Source of the DNA: Gammaproteobacteria bacterium
Lineage (GTDB): Bacteria > Pseudomonadota > Gammaproteobacteria > Steroidobacterales > PWYM01
Assembly: GCA_003567475.1 (NCBI GenBank)
Contig: PWZL01000102.1
Location: forward strand, 3,132-67,131
Direction of reading: 5' to 3'
Length of the DNA: 64,000 nucleotides
Position 1 is the stretch's first letter. Each line of letters opens with the position of its first letter. The position numbers were made by a program, and so were the translations under genes. Of this stretch, positions 9,559-19,722 are shown in pieces. The notes below the pieces were generated by a model. That model saw only the letters and a program-made list of their open reading frames with translations. It ran no database searches and was not told the DNA's origin.

Positions 9559-11046
9559 ATGGTAACCCCGGGTCGGCCACACCGGCAGTCGCGACTGTTT
9601 CATAATGACCGGGTGTCTTCGTCCGGCCCACCTACCGCCACCGGTTTACCCGGCCCGCTCGCCGGCCTGCTGCGCATGCCGCCGGACCAGCCGGCGCTGG
9701 CCTGGCCGGGTGGGCGGCGCACTGCAGCAGCGCTTCTCGACGACATCAGTGTCCTCGCGGCGCGGGCTGCCACTCTGGGTGATGACGAGGCCGAGCCATT
9801 GGCCATCATCTCGGCCTCACGGCCACGGCTGGTCGCCGGCGTGCTGGCCGCGCTCGCACTGGGTCGTCCGGCGCTGCCGCTCGATCCGACGCGCGCCGAT
9901 CTGGCAGCCCTGCTGGCGACATGCGCGCCTGCTGGCGCACTGCGCGATGCTGACATCAGCCTGCCGGTGACCCTGCCGTCGGCCGAGCTCGCAACCGGGA
10001 CGACTGCTGCAACGACCGCCATCTGGCGCCAGACCCGCCGCTGGCCCATGGACTCCGGCGCAGCTGCCCTCCTGGTTCCGACCAGTGGCACTGGCGGCCC
10101 ACCGCGGATCGCCATGCTCACGGCCACGGCCCTGGAGGCTCATGTGGCTGCCAGCAGTCGTCTGCTCCCCCCGTTCAGCGCCGACGACCGCTGGCTGGTC
10201 TGCCTGCCCATGGCAAGCATCGGCGGCCTGGCGGCGATGTGGCGCGTGTATTCCCGGGGTGGTGCCTTGGCCGTACTCGAGAGCGGGTTCGACGCCTTCG
10301 GAGCACGGACGCTGATGGCCGAGGGGGCCAGCCATGTGTCGCTGGTGCCAGCGATGCTGGACGCCATCGCCGACGTCCAGGAGGTCGCCCCCCCGCGTGG
10401 CCTGCGCTGTCTGCTGACCGGCGGCGGCCCGCTGTCCGAGCCCCAGGCGGCCCGTGCCCGCGCCCTGGGCTGGCCGCTGTGGCAGGGCTGGGGCATGACC
10501 GAGAGCGCCTCGCACGTGGCTGCCGGACCGGTGGACGCGCACTGGACGCCAGGGGTGGTAGGCCGCCCGCTGCCGGGCGTGTCGGTGGACTCGGCGGGTC
10601 ACGACGGCCCACTGCGGATCGGCGGGCCGATGCTCATGTCAGGCTACGCCCGCCCGGGCCTGCGACCCGGAGATGGCCTCGATGCACAGGGCCGGTTCGT
10701 AACAGGCGACACCGGCGAATGGCTGCCGGATGGCCGACTTCGCATCCTCGGGCGAGCTGACGATGTCATTGTCACCGGTGGGGTCAACGTGCACCCCGAG
10801 GGGATCGAGGCGCGCTTCGCGCAGTGCCGCGGCGCAGGCGAGGTGGCGATCACCGCGCGACCGGACGCGCGCTGGGGGAGCGTACTGGTGGCGCTGTATA
10901 CCGGTCAGGCCACACCTGGGCAACTCGCCGCATGGGCCCGGGCGGAGCTGCCAGGCCACTGGCGGCCGCGCGAATTCAGGCGGGTCACGGCCCTGCCCCG
11001 CAACGCCATGGGCAAGTTGCGGCGCTCGGAACTGCCATGGCTGTGA
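9559..11046 (+). CDS. menE: o-Succinylbenzoate--CoA ligase (AMP-dependent synthetase)
   Basis: AMP-binding motifs LLVPTSGTGGPPRIAML, GWGMTESAS, GDTGEWLPDGRLRILGRADDVIVTGGVNV, and C-terminal LPRNAMGKLRR. Short MenE-like size and men-gene neighbourhood. Start uncertain (candidates 9559, 9613, 9676). Confidence 0.7.
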   Translation: MVTPGRPHRQSRLFHNDRVSSSGPPTATGLPGPLAGLLRMPPDQPALAWPGGRRTAAALLDDISVLAARAATLGDDEAEPLAIISASRPRLVAGVLAALALGRPALPLDPTRADLAALLATCAPAGALRDADISLPVTLPSAELATGTTAATTAIWRQTRRWPMDSGAAALLVPTSGTGGPPRIAMLTATALEAHVAASSRLLPPFSADDRWLVCLPMASIGGLAAMWRVYSRGGALAVLESGFDAFGARTLMAEGASHVSLVPAMLDAIADVQEVAPPRGLRCLLTGGGPLSEPQAARARALGWPLWQGWGMTESASHVAAGPVDAHWTPGVVGRPLPGVSVDSAGHDGPLRIGGPMLMSGYARPGLRPGDGLDAQGRFVTGDTGEWLPDGRLRILGRADDVIVTGGVNVHPEGIEARFAQCRGAGEVAITARPDARWGSVLVALYTGQATPGQLAAWARAELPGHWRPREFRRVTALPRNAMGKLRRSELPWL

Positions 11047-11135
11047 ATACCGCATAATGCGGACAGCGCTGCATCACTGACCGAACCCACGACCCTGGCG
11101 GCTGCCCCCCAACCGACGTCACGAGGAACCGAACA

Positions 11136-12020
11136 ATGAACACCCTTGATCGCCTGTGCCACGCCGCGATGCTGCTGGTGCTGAGCCTCGGCGCAGGCCA
11201 CGCCACGGCCGAGCCCGTCGATCTGCGCGACCAGCGACAACTGCTCGATGCCTTCGTCAAGACCACCGGCAATCTCGACGGCGAGGAGGTGGTGATCTAC
11301 GCGCAGAGCACGGTCTATGCGTTCGTGCCGGGCAGTCGCGGTCAGGCCCTGTTCGACCTCGAAGTCATCGGCGTTAAGCGCTATGAACGGATCGAGGGCG
11401 GCTGGCAGCGGGTGCAACGTGAAATCGCGCTGTACACCGATCGCGACACCGGTGAGGTGCTGGCGCACTGGGACAATCCATGGACGGGCGAACGGGTGCG
11501 CGTGATTCCGGTCCTCAACGATCCCGTCAACCGCCGCCACGTGATCGACGGCCAGGGCGGCGGCTGGGGCATCGGTTACATGGAATCCGGCGATGACATC
11601 ATGTTCTATCGCGAGATCCCCCTGCGCTATCCCAATCCGCTGTCGCCCCAGGCACACCCCAGGCATTCCACTGGCGAGTGGTACGAGGCCATGGAGCTGT
11701 TCAATCATTTCGTGCGGCGTGCCGATCTCGAGGATCCAACGCTGGCCTCGGCACCGTCGACCATCTCCTGGAGCCGGATCGGACCCTGGCTGCCCTGGAT
11801 GGAGATGGCCGATCACCCGGGCTGGCTGGTCTATCACGGCCGCGGTGTGAAGCTGGACGACGTCGCGGGGCTGCCGGCCCACATCCACGACCACATCGAG
11901 CGCCACTTTCCGCAATACCTGAGCGCGCCGGAGGCCTGGTCGGAACCGTCGGAGACCAGCTGGACGTTCTTCCGGAAGATCCTGGAAGGCGAGATCGACG
12001 GTGAAACCCTGCAGCCTTGA
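11136..12020 (+). CDS. Secreted DUF1838-like protein
   Basis: Signal peptide MLLVLSLGAGHATAEP. The body (FDLEVIGVKRYERIEGGW...ALYTDRDTGEVLAHWDNPWTGERV) resembles DUF1838. Assignment from memory only. Confidence 0.55.
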   Translation: MNTLDRLCHAAMLLVLSLGAGHATAEPVDLRDQRQLLDAFVKTTGNLDGEEVVIYAQSTVYAFVPGSRGQALFDLEVIGVKRYERIEGGWQRVQREIALYTDRDTGEVLAHWDNPWTGERVRVIPVLNDPVNRRHVIDGQGGGWGIGYMESGDDIMFYREIPLRYPNPLSPQAHPRHSTGEWYEAMELFNHFVRRADLEDPTLASAPSTISWSRIGPWLPWMEMADHPGWLVYHGRGVKLDDVAGLPAHIHDHIERHFPQYLSAPEAWSEPSETSWTFFRKILEGEIDGETLQP

Positions 12021-12025
12021 GGGGG

Positions 12026-12048
12026 GCGAGCTCGCGCGCGGAGCTCGC
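12026..12048. terminator. Hairpin between convergent genes (candidate bidirectional terminator)
   Basis: GCGAGCTC (12026-12033), loop GCGCGCG, GAGCTCGC (12041-12048). It sits between the stop at 12020 (+) and the menC stop at 12048-12050 (-). Confidence 0.4.
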
Positions 12049-13112
12049 TAGTCGACTGCCGGCTCGAATCCCAAGCCGGGGGCGTCGTGCAGCGCGATGA
12101 GCCCGCCCGCAGGCAGCGCGGGACCCAGCAGACGAGTCAGCCACCGCCCGGTGTCCAGGCCATGCGCCAGTCCTCGCCCGCCGCCCGCAGGCATCGCGGC
12201 GGCGAGATGGGCACAGGCCCAAAGACCGACTGCCGTCTCGAGAGTCGTACTCACCACGCTGGACACCGCCCGCTGCTCGGCCAGCCGCAGTGCCCGCAGC
12301 GGGCCGCCCAGCAGCATGGGTTTCAGGACCTGTCGGCGCACGGGCAGAGTCCGCGCGTCATCGCGGCGCGGCAGTGACTCGTCCAGAGCCAGCGGATAAT
12401 CGAGGTTCGCCTGCCAGCGCGCGAGGGTGGCATCGTCGGCAGCGGCGGCCGGTTCCTCCAGGGCATCGATCCCGTGCCCGCAGAGCTTCGGCAGCAGTCG
12501 TTCGGCCAGCACCACTGGCCAGCCGCCGTTGAGATCCAGGCGCAGTGCGCAGCTGCACGGGCCGCCTGCCAGGAGCCGCTCGAGCAGCGGCCATTCCTGT
12601 TCCGCTGTGGTCACCCCGAGCTTGAGCTTGGCCACCGGGTAGCCGGCCGCGGCCGCGGCGGCCAGGCGCCCGGCTGTCCCGGCATCCAATCCACCGATGG
12701 CGGCATTCACGGCCACCTCGGACCCGGCATCCTGGCGCAACCATCGATACAGTGGCATGCCCGCCTGCCGCGCCGACAGATCCAGCAGCGCGAACTCAAG
12801 CCCGCAGCGTGCTGCCGGTGCCGCTGCCAGCACGCCGGGTTCCTCGAGCCCCTGGAGTCGCTCCAGTGCCTCGGCAATGCTTAGCCCGACCAGCCGGTCA
12901 GCCGCCCATCCCAGGGCTGCGTCGATGTCGCCCGCCGTGCCGGTGCCGAACGCGGGCAGACACGCCGCCTCGCCCCAGCCCCGCCGCCCCTCGGTCGTCT
13001 CGATGCAGACCAGCCAGCCCTCACGCGTGCTCACCGCTCCGCCGCGGGCATCCTGCCAGGGCCGGGTCAAGGCGACGCTGTAACCGTGACGCCACAGCGC
13101 GGCGAGCCTCAC
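12048..13112 (-). CDS. menC: o-Succinylbenzoate synthase (enolase superfamily)
   Basis: REGWLVCIETTEGRRGWGEAACLP, KLKLG, LRLDLNGGW, ALEEP and LDES catalytic-residue pattern. GTG at 13112 forms a GTGA overlap with the menA stop. The upstream part of the 609-aa track ORF is a shadow frame over menA. Confidence 0.8.
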   Translation of the reverse strand: MRLAALWRHGYSVALTRPWQDARGGAVSTREGWLVCIETTEGRRGWGEAACLPAFGTGTAGDIDAALGWAADRLVGLSIAEALERLQGLEEPGVLAAAPAARCGLEFALLDLSARQAGMPLYRWLRQDAGSEVAVNAAIGGLDAGTAGRLAAAAAAGYPVAKLKLGVTTAEQEWPLLERLLAGGPCSCALRLDLNGGWPVVLAERLLPKLCGHGIDALEEPAAAADDATLARWQANLDYPLALDESLPRRDDARTLPVRRQVLKPMLLGGPLRALRLAEQRAVSSVVSTTLETAVGLWACAHLAAAMPAGGGRGLAHGLDTGRWLTRLLGPALPAGGLIALHDAPGLGFEPAVD

Positions 13113-13993
13113 AGCGACCAACCGATCGAGAACAGCACCGCATGCAGCAGCAGCAGCTGCCCGGTGGTGGCCAGGGTGCGATTGAGCGCAGCGGCGTCGT
13201 GCGCGGCGAACACCCGCCGGAGGGCCGGGATCGCCGCCAGCGGCATCAGCAGCGTCAGCGCGATGGCCGGCCCGGCGCGATCCGCGGCGAGAAAGACCAG
13301 TGGCAGCGCGGCCGCGGCCAGCAGCGTGACGCAATACTGCCAACGGGCGAAACGGGCGCCGAAGCGCACGGCGAGGGTCCGTTTTTCCGCCTGGGCGTCG
13401 GTATCGATGTCGCGCAGGTTGTTGACCGTCAGGATCGCGACCGACACCAGCCCCGGGCCAAGGCCGGCCAGCAGCACCCAGCCATCGATCGTCAAGGCCT
13501 GCACGTAATACGTCCCCCCCACCGCCACTGGCCCGAAAAACACCAGCACGAACAGATCGCCCAGCCCCTTGTAGGCGAGCGGCCAGGGGCCCCCGGTATA
13601 GAGCACGCCACTGGCGATCGAGAGCAGCCCCACGACCAGAATGGGCCAGCCGCCCCGCCAGACCAGATAGGCCCCGACCAGCACGGCCAGCGCGAAGGCG
13701 ATCACCGCGGCGCGACGCATCGCCGCAGGGCTGATCAGGCCGGACTGCACCATGCGCCTGGGTCCGGTGCGTGCGGCCGTGTCGGCGCCCTTGAGGAAAT
13801 CGAAGTAGTCGTTCGCGAAGTTGGTGCCGACCTGGATGAGCAACGCACCGATCAGGGCCGCGACGGCCGCCGGCCAATACGCGAGTCCCGCCGACACCGC
13901 CATGACCGTCCCGACGAGCACCGGCGCCAGCGCGGCAGGCAGGGTTTTCGGCCGTGCCGCGAGCAGCCAGAGCGTCACCGGAGAGGCGCTCAT
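13109..13993 (-). CDS. menA: 1,4-Dihydroxy-2-naphthoate polyprenyltransferase
   Basis: UbiA-type polytopic protein. LLAARPKTLPAA N-terminus as in E. coli MenA. NFANDYFDFLKGAD and NNLRDIDTDAQAEKRTLAV aspartate-rich motifs. Alternative start at 14026. Confidence 0.85.
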   Translation of the reverse strand: MSASPVTLWLLAARPKTLPAALAPVLVGTVMAVSAGLAYWPAAVAALIGALLIQVGTNFANDYFDFLKGADTAARTGPRRMVQSGLISPAAMRRAAVIAFALAVLVGAYLVWRGGWPILVVGLLSIASGVLYTGGPWPLAYKGLGDLFVLVFFGPVAVGGTYYVQALTIDGWVLLAGLGPGLVSVAILTVNNLRDIDTDAQAEKRTLAVRFGARFARWQYCVTLLAAAALPLVFLAADRAGPAIALTLLMPLAAIPALRRVFAAHDAAALNRTLATTGQLLLLHAVLFSIGWSL

Positions 13994-14044
13994 CGGCACA
14001 GTCTCGCGACCGCGGCGGCCGGGCACGCGCTCAGGGCCGAAGGC

Positions 14045-14878
14045 TCAGGGCTGGCGGCGGAAGCGGCTGAAGTCGGGCTTGCGCTTCTCGACGTAGGCAT
14101 TGCGTCCTTCCTGACCTTCCTCGGTCATGTAGAACAGCATGGTGGCATTGCCGGCGAGCTCCTGCAGGCCCGCCTGGCCGTCACAGTCGGCGTTCAGGGC
14201 GGCCTTCAGGCAGCGAAGGGCCATGGGTGAGTTGGCCAGGATCTCCTGGCACCAACGCACGGTCTCGGCCTCAAGGCGATCCAGGGGCACGACGGTGTTC
14301 ACCAGGCCCATGTCCAGCGCCTGTTGCGCGTCATACTGACGGCAGAGAAACCAGATCTCACGAGCTTTCTTCTGGCCGACGATGCGTGCCATGTAGCTCG
14401 CGCCATAGCCCCCGTCAAAGGAGCCGACGCGCGGACCGGTCTGGCCGAACCGGGCGTTCTCGGCGGCGATGGTGAGATCGCACATCAGGTGCAGCACGTG
14501 GCCACCGCCGATGGCATAGCCGGCCACCATGGCGATGACCGGCTTCGGGCAGGTGCGGATCTGGCGCTGGAAATCGAGCACGTTCAGGCGCATCACGTCG
14601 CCGTCGTCCCGATAGCCCGCGTCACCGCGGATACGCTGATCACCACCGGAGCAGAAGGCGAGCTCACCCTCCCCGGTGAGAATCACCACGCCGATGTCCG
14701 GATCTTCGCGGGCATCGGCCAGTGCCGCGATCATCTCGCGAACCGTCAGCGGCCGGAACGCATTGCGCACCGCCGGTCGGTTGATGGTGATCCGGGCGAT
14801 CCCCTGGGCGCCGTCTTCGCCCTTATCGTAGCGGATGTCATGGTAGTCGCCGGCGCTGCTCCAGCCGTAATCGCTCAT
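14045..14878 (-). CDS. menB: 1,4-Dihydroxy-2-naphthoyl-CoA synthase
   Basis: Crotonase fold with [27 protein letters not shown] and [17 protein letters not shown] overlap with the menH stop. Confidence 0.95.
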   Translation of the reverse strand: MSDYGWSSAGDYHDIRYDKGEDGAQGIARITINRPAVRNAFRPLTVREMIAALADAREDPDIGVVILTGEGELAFCSGGDQRIRGDAGYRDDGDVMRLNVLDFQRQIRTCPKPVIAMVAGYAIGGGHVLHLMCDLTIAAENARFGQTGPRVGSFDGGYGASYMARIVGQKKAREIWFLCRQYDAQQALDMGLVNTVVPLDRLEAETVRWCQEILANSPMALRCLKAALNADCDGQAGLQELAGNATMLFYMTEEGQEGRNAYVEKRKPDFSRFRRQP

Positions 14879-15678
14879 GTGCCCTGATGCCGTCCCTGTG
14901 AGAAAAACGCCTGCAGGCAGGCGGCGACCGCCGCGCCCTGCTCCAGGTGGACATTATGCCCGGCACCAGGAATCACGCGCACCTCCAGCCCGGCTCGACG
15001 CGCAGCCATCTGTGTCGCGATCTCGCGGAACTTGGCATCGTGTTCACCGACGATCGCGGCCGCGGGCAGAGACAGCGACGACAGCGCCGACCACAACGAA
15101 GGCTGGCTGCCGGTCCCCATCCCCCGTAGCGAGGCGGCCAGCCCTGCTGCCGATTGACGCTGTCGACGCGCCAGCAGTGCGGCGAACCCGGAGTGACTGC
15201 GCAGGCTCTGAAACAGCGGCTGCGCGTACCAGTCCGTGACGAACGCCGGCGTGCCCTCGGCCTCCAGGCGGACGGCCAAGGCCTCGTCACGTTGCCGCCG
15301 GGACGCCCGCGCGCAGTCATCGGCCAGCCCGGGCGAGGCGGACTCCAATGCCACCGCCTGGAAACGCTCCGGATAATGCACCGCCAGGTACAGCGCCAGC
15401 CGCCCACCCATGGAATAGCCGTACAGCAATGCAGGACCCCGGACGCGGTCCGCCAGCCACGCCACCAGCATCGATGCACACCCGGCCATGGTGAAGGCTT
15501 CAGCCGGCAGCTGGCTCTGGCCGTGGCCAGGCAGGTCCGGGGCCAGCAGATGGAAACGCTCAGCCAGTGCGGGCATCAGGCCCGCAAAATCCTCGCCAGT
15601 GCCAAGAAACCCATGCAGACAGACCAGCGGCGGCCGTGCCGGATCGCCCGCCGTTCGCAAGTGGAATCCCGTCCTCAT
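14875..15678 (-). CDS. menH: SHCHC synthase (alpha/beta hydrolase)
   Basis: [14 protein letters not shown] and nucleophile elbow [10 protein letters not shown]. Positioned between menD and menB. Confidence 0.8.
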   Translation of the reverse strand: MRTGFHLRTAGDPARPPLVCLHGFLGTGEDFAGLMPALAERFHLLAPDLPGHGQSQLPAEAFTMAGCASMLVAWLADRVRGPALLYGYSMGGRLALYLAVHYPERFQAVALESASPGLADDCARASRRQRDEALAVRLEAEGTPAFVTDWYAQPLFQSLRSHSGFAALLARRQRQSAAGLAASLRGMGTGSQPSLWSALSSLSLPAAAIVGEHDAKFREIATQMAARRAGLEVRVIPGAGHNVHLEQGAAVAACLQAFFSQGRHQGT

Positions 15679-15688
15679 CTATCGCTCG

Positions 15689-17476
15689 TCATGCCCCGGG
15701 CGCGGCATCACAGCCCACCGCGGCGGCACAGTGCGCCAGCAGTTCGCGATGACGGTGCAGATTGGCGGTCCGGTCGCTGCGCACTTCGATCACCGTGGAG
15801 GCCTCCGACGCCAGCGCCTCGGCCAGCGCGGCGCGGAACGCCGCGCGGGTGGCCGGCGCGCTGCAGGCGAGGCCGAAACCGCGGGCAAGCTCGGCCAGCG
15901 CCAACCCGTGCGGCGTGCCGAAACAGCGCTCGAAGGGGTCGCCGATGTCGGCGACCGGCAGGAAGGAGAAGATGCCCCCGCCATCGTTGTTCAGCAGCAC
16001 CACGGTCACCGCAGGCCGCTGCCGGACCAGCAGGGCCAGGGCGTTGAGATCGTGCAGGAAGGCGAGATCACCGCAGACCAGCACCACCCGGCGTCCGCTG
16101 CCGGTGGCGACCCCGCAGGCCGTGGCCAGGGTGCCGTCGATCCCGCTCGCGCCGCGATTGCTGTAGACCGGGACGCAGGCACCGTCCGCGCCAGCGAACA
16201 TGTCCATGTCGCGGACGGGCATGCTCGCAGCGAGACACAAGACAGCATCCGCGGGCAGACCGCGCGAAACCAGCCGGCAGGCCGCGGGTTCATCAAGCGC
16301 TCCCGGCCCGTCCAGCGCCGCCGCCACGGCCGACCCCAGCCGCGCATCGGCGGCCAGCAGGCGGTGGTGCCAGGCCGAGATCTTCACGGCCGGCGAAGCG
16401 GGCCGTGGCGAAGCGTCGGTCGCCGACGCAGGCACCAGCGCTGCGGCCAGCGTGGCCACCGAGACCTGGAGACGAAGCGTGACGCGGTGCGCGGGGTCGA
16501 GGCGCCGGGGATCATCGGCGACCCGCAGCAGCGGCACGCGCCAGGTCGCGATTCGGCCCAGCAGCCGTTTCGAGACCAGTTCGCCCCCCAGGTGCAGGAT
16601 CGCATCCGGGGTCTCGAGCCCCTCGGCATCGGCCGCGAGCAGCAGGTCGTAGTGGCGCAGCCATGACGCCTTCACCCGGCTGGCCCGCAGACCGGAGGTG
16701 ATGTCGGCACACACCGGCCAGCCGAGCCCAGCGGCCAGCTGTTCGGCGGCCACGCGCTCGGCGTCGTCGCGCAGCCGACCGATGACCATGAGACCGCGCT
16801 GCACCCCCTCGAGCGCCTGCCGGAACGCCTGCAGCGCGTCCGCGGAAAGCGCATGCGCCGGTGGCTGGTAGTCGGTATAGGGCTTGTCTGGTGTCGGCCA
16901 GAGCGGCGGCGGCGTGGCCGTGGGCGCCCCGGCCGCGATCAGCGGTTCCCGGAACGGCACGTTGATCTGGACGGGACCCGGCAGGGGATGGCGGCCACAA
17001 TAGACGGCCCGGTCCAGCGTGGTCAGCAGCGCCTCCGCCGGATAGTCCTCGGCGGGGACCGGCAGGTCGACACTGAAGCGGGCGTGGCTGCCGAACAGTC
17101 CCACCTGGTCGATGGTCTGATTGGCGCCGGTGTCGCGGAGCTCGGGCGGGCGGTCCGCAGTGAGCAGCAGCAGCGGGACACCAGCCATCGCGGCCTCGAC
17201 GACCGCCGGGTACAGATTGGCGACTGCACTGCCGGAGGTACAGATCACCGCCACGGTGGCGCCGCTGCCGCGGGCCAGCCCGAGCGCATGGAACGCCAGG
17301 GCGCGCTCGTCGAAGTGCACCGTACAGGCCAGCGCGGGATGGCCGGCAGCGGCGAGGGTCAGGGGTGTCGAACGCGATCCGGGGGCAAGACAGACGTGGC
17401 GAACACCGAGCCGGACCAGTTCTTCAATGATCAGGACGGCCCAGCGGCCGTTCAGCGCTGCCGTGGCCGCACTCAT
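15689..17476 (-). CDS. menD: SEPHCHC synthase (ThDP-dependent)
   Basis: N-terminus NGRWAVLIIEELVRLGVRHVCLAPGSRSTPL. ThDP motif GDLAFLHDLNALALL...VVLLNNDGGGIF. ATGA overlap with the menF stop. Confidence 0.95.
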   Translation of the reverse strand: MSAATAALNGRWAVLIIEELVRLGVRHVCLAPGSRSTPLTLAAAGHPALACTVHFDERALAFHALGLARGSGATVAVICTSGSAVANLYPAVVEAAMAGVPLLLLTADRPPELRDTGANQTIDQVGLFGSHARFSVDLPVPAEDYPAEALLTTLDRAVYCGRHPLPGPVQINVPFREPLIAAGAPTATPPPLWPTPDKPYTDYQPPAHALSADALQAFRQALEGVQRGLMVIGRLRDDAERVAAEQLAAGLGWPVCADITSGLRASRVKASWLRHYDLLLAADAEGLETPDAILHLGGELVSKRLLGRIATWRVPLLRVADDPRRLDPAHRVTLRLQVSVATLAAALVPASATDASPRPASPAVKISAWHHRLLAADARLGSAVAAALDGPGALDEPAACRLVSRGLPADAVLCLAASMPVRDMDMFAGADGACVPVYSNRGASGIDGTLATACGVATGSGRRVVLVCGDLAFLHDLNALALLVRQRPAVTVVLLNNDGGGIFSFLPVADIGDPFERCFGTPHGLALAELARGFGLACSAPATRAAFRAALAEALASEASTVIEVRSDRTANLHRHRELLAHCAAAVGCDAAPGA

Positions 17477-18876
17477 TCATCGGTCCAGGCGGCGCGCAGG
17501 CTGACCATCTTGCTCTCGAGCTCCCGCCATTCCATCGCGGCATCCGAGCCCTGGACGATCCCGGCACCGACGTACAGCGCGAGCTCGCGGTCATGCAGCA
17601 GACCGGAGCGGATGCCCACGGCGAACTCACTCTCCTCGGCGCCGACGTAACCGACCGGCCCGGCATACCAGCCACGATCGAAGGGCTCCAGAGCGGCGAT
17701 CCGGCGCAGGGCCTGAGGCGGTGGATCGCCGGCCACCGCCGGCGTGGGATGCAGACTGTCGAGCAGCGCGGCATCGCTCACACCGGGCTCCAGATCCCCG
17801 CTGAGGCCCACGTGGAGATGCTGGACATGCGGCAGGCCCAGGACCTGCAGCGCCTTGGCCTCGGTCGCGCCCGCCGTGAGCGGGGCAAGCCGGTTCTCGA
17901 GGTAACGCACCACACAGGCATGCTCGCGCCCATCCTTGCCGCAGTTGAGCAGTTCCGCCCGCAGCGCGTCATCCTCCGCCCCGGTGGCGCCGCGGGCGCG
18001 GGTGCCCGCCAGGGCCTCGGTCCCGAAGTGACGGCCACGGCGGTGAAACAACCGCTCGGGGCTCGCCCCGAGAAAAGCCGTGTCGCCACCCGGATTGAAG
18101 TAGAAGTGGAAACATGGACCGCTGCGCCGGGTCAGCGCGGCCAGCAGCGCAAGCGCCTCCGGGCGCTCGGCGAACACCATCTCGGTCCGCCGGGCCAGCA
18201 CCAGCTTGCACAGCTCGCCCCGGCCCAGGCTGTCCGTGACCTCGCGGACCAGGCTGGTCCATACACCACGCGAGGGAAGATCCTGATGTCGCGCCGGAGG
18301 GGCGACCGCCGGCAGCGGCTCGATGTCGCAGACCAGCCCGCCGAGCTCCTCGAGCAGCCGGGCGCGCGAATCGCGTCCAGGGAAGGCATTGCAGGCGAAG
18401 CGGATGCGTCCGCCCTCGCGCACCAGTTCGAACCGCGGCAGCGCCAGCCAGCCGAGCCCGAAAGGTTGCCACTCCGCCGAGACCTCGGCCGCGGCATCGA
18501 ACCGGAAGCCGCCGTAGTACCGGACCCCAGGCGAAGCATCCTGCAGACGCGAGGCCGTGCGCTCCACCAGCTCGGCGGGCGTCATGCCCGGGACCAGCGC
18601 CAGCCGATCGGCCAGCCCGACGCCCGCCACGCCCCGCCGCTGCTCGCGATCCGCCCAGTAGAGTCGCGGCAGCGTGTGCTGGGCAGCCAGCCAGGGCATG
18701 GGCTCGAGCCCATCCGCAGCCACCTCGAGACGCAGCATGGGGCCAAGCCGCGAAGCCGCATACTGCTCGCCGAACGCCTCGGCGATGCGCGCGGCCATGC
18801 GTGCATAGACCCGCATGGCCAACCGCGCCATGCGGTCGGCCGACTGCCCCGGCAGACGGTCAGTTCTGGCGTTCAC
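17473..18876 (-). CDS. menF: Isochorismate synthase
   Basis: Chorismate-binding C-terminus LHPTPAVAGDPP...EPFDRGWYAGPVGYV...EFAVGIRSGL. First gene of the men operon. Confidence 0.9.
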   Translation of the reverse strand: MNARTDRLPGQSADRMARLAMRVYARMAARIAEAFGEQYAASRLGPMLRLEVAADGLEPMPWLAAQHTLPRLYWADREQRRGVAGVGLADRLALVPGMTPAELVERTASRLQDASPGVRYYGGFRFDAAAEVSAEWQPFGLGWLALPRFELVREGGRIRFACNAFPGRDSRARLLEELGGLVCDIEPLPAVAPPARHQDLPSRGVWTSLVREVTDSLGRGELCKLVLARRTEMVFAERPEALALLAALTRRSGPCFHFYFNPGGDTAFLGASPERLFHRRGRHFGTEALAGTRARGATGAEDDALRAELLNCGKDGREHACVVRYLENRLAPLTAGATEAKALQVLGLPHVQHLHVGLSGDLEPGVSDAALLDSLHPTPAVAGDPPPQALRRIAALEPFDRGWYAGPVGYVGAEESEFAVGIRSGLLHDRELALYVGAGIVQGSDAAMEWRELESKMVSLRAAWTDE

Positions 18877-19016
18877 GCGTCGTACCCCCCCCGATACCGT
18901 GCAAGGCGTCTGCCTGGCAAGCGGCGACGCCTGTTGTTGTTCCGGGGATTCTACCCGGCGTCCCGTGCCGATCCATGCCTGCCTGGCTGTCCCTTCCCCC
19001 TGGCGCCCTGAGGGCG

Positions 19017-19511
19017 CTAGGGGGCGGTGCGCTCTGCGTCGTAACGCGCACCGGACGCGGCCCAGGCGCGCAGCGTGGCGTAGTCGTCCGAGTCACGGTC
19101 GAACACCGGACCGGCCGGGTGGCCTTCGCCCACACTCACCGCCAGCAGCACGCTGGCAGCAGGATCATCGGTATCCACCAAGTCGTGCGCCGTCGCGAAA
19201 TCACGGGCTGCATCGCCATAGACGGGGAACCCACTGCCAGGGTTACGGCCGCCGTCATGACAGCCCTGACAGCGCGCCACCAGCAGGCTGTGAACCTCGG
19301 GATCGAACACCACCTCAGCGTCAGCTTCCTCGTCTGACGCCGCTGCCGTCGCCGGCTCTGCGGCTCCTCCAGCCCGCTGTTCGCGGTCGGCCGGCGCCAG
19401 CTCGGCGCGGGCCATCAGATCGTGTCGCCGGGCCTCTTCATCCTGCGGACCACCACAAGCCGCCAGCGGGATGAGCAGCACGAGCGCGATTGCAAGACAA
19501 GGTAGCCGCAT
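19017..19511 (-). CDS. Lipoprotein with a single c-type haem motif (PSCyt1-like monohaem cytochrome)
   Basis: Lipobox LLIPLAAC-GG. One CxxCH motif in VHSLLVARCQGCHDGG. GGGAGGA Shine-Dalgarno sequence 7 nt before the ATG at 19511. Confidence 0.6.
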   Translation of the reverse strand: MRLPCLAIALVLLIPLAACGGPQDEEARRHDLMARAELAPADREQRAGGAAEPATAAASDEEADAEVVFDPEVHSLLVARCQGCHDGGRNPGSGFPVYGDAARDFATAHDLVDTDDPAASVLLAVSVGEGHPAGPVFDRDSDDYATLRAWAASGARYDAERTAP

Positions 19512-19524
19512 GAGGCGTTCCTCC

Positions 19525-19722
19525 CTACAGGGCGCCGGTGTGGCGCAGTTCACGCAGCACCGTCCAGACAAAGACCAGCGTGCCAGCGAGCACCAGCGTG
19601 ACACCGATCGCCGCGAAGATGATGAAACTGATCGGTGACCAGACCAGGCTGGTCAACAGCTGCACCGTGAGGCCCGCGATACACAGCATCAGCGCGATGC
19701 GCACTGCCCGCAGCGTACTCAT
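19525..19722 (-). CDS. Small two-helix membrane protein
   Basis: MSTLRAVRIALMLCIAGLTVQLLTSLVWSPISFIIFAAIGVTLVLAGTLVFVW. Its ATG at 19722 forms an ATGA overlap with the NapC/NirT stop. Packed between two cytochrome genes. Confidence 0.45.
   Translation of the reverse strand: MSTLRAVRIALMLCIAGLTVQLLTSLVWSPISFIIFAAIGVTLVLAGTLVFVWTVLRELRHTGAL

Noticed and set aside
12048-13877. 609-aa ORF that looks like a large fusion protein spanning menC and menA
   Set aside because: Only the C-terminal ~354 aa (from GTG 13112) looks like MenC. The upstream part is Arg/Gly/Ala-rich shadow sequence overlapping the real menA frame (13109..13993), which has clear UbiA-family motifs.
12752-19011. Plus-strand ORFs across the men operon (12752..14230, 15154..16047, 15488..16666, 16853..17650, 17593..19011)
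   Set aside because: The opposite strand encodes menC/A/B/H/D/F with unambiguous motifs and stop/start coupling. The plus-strand frames are low-complexity shadows.
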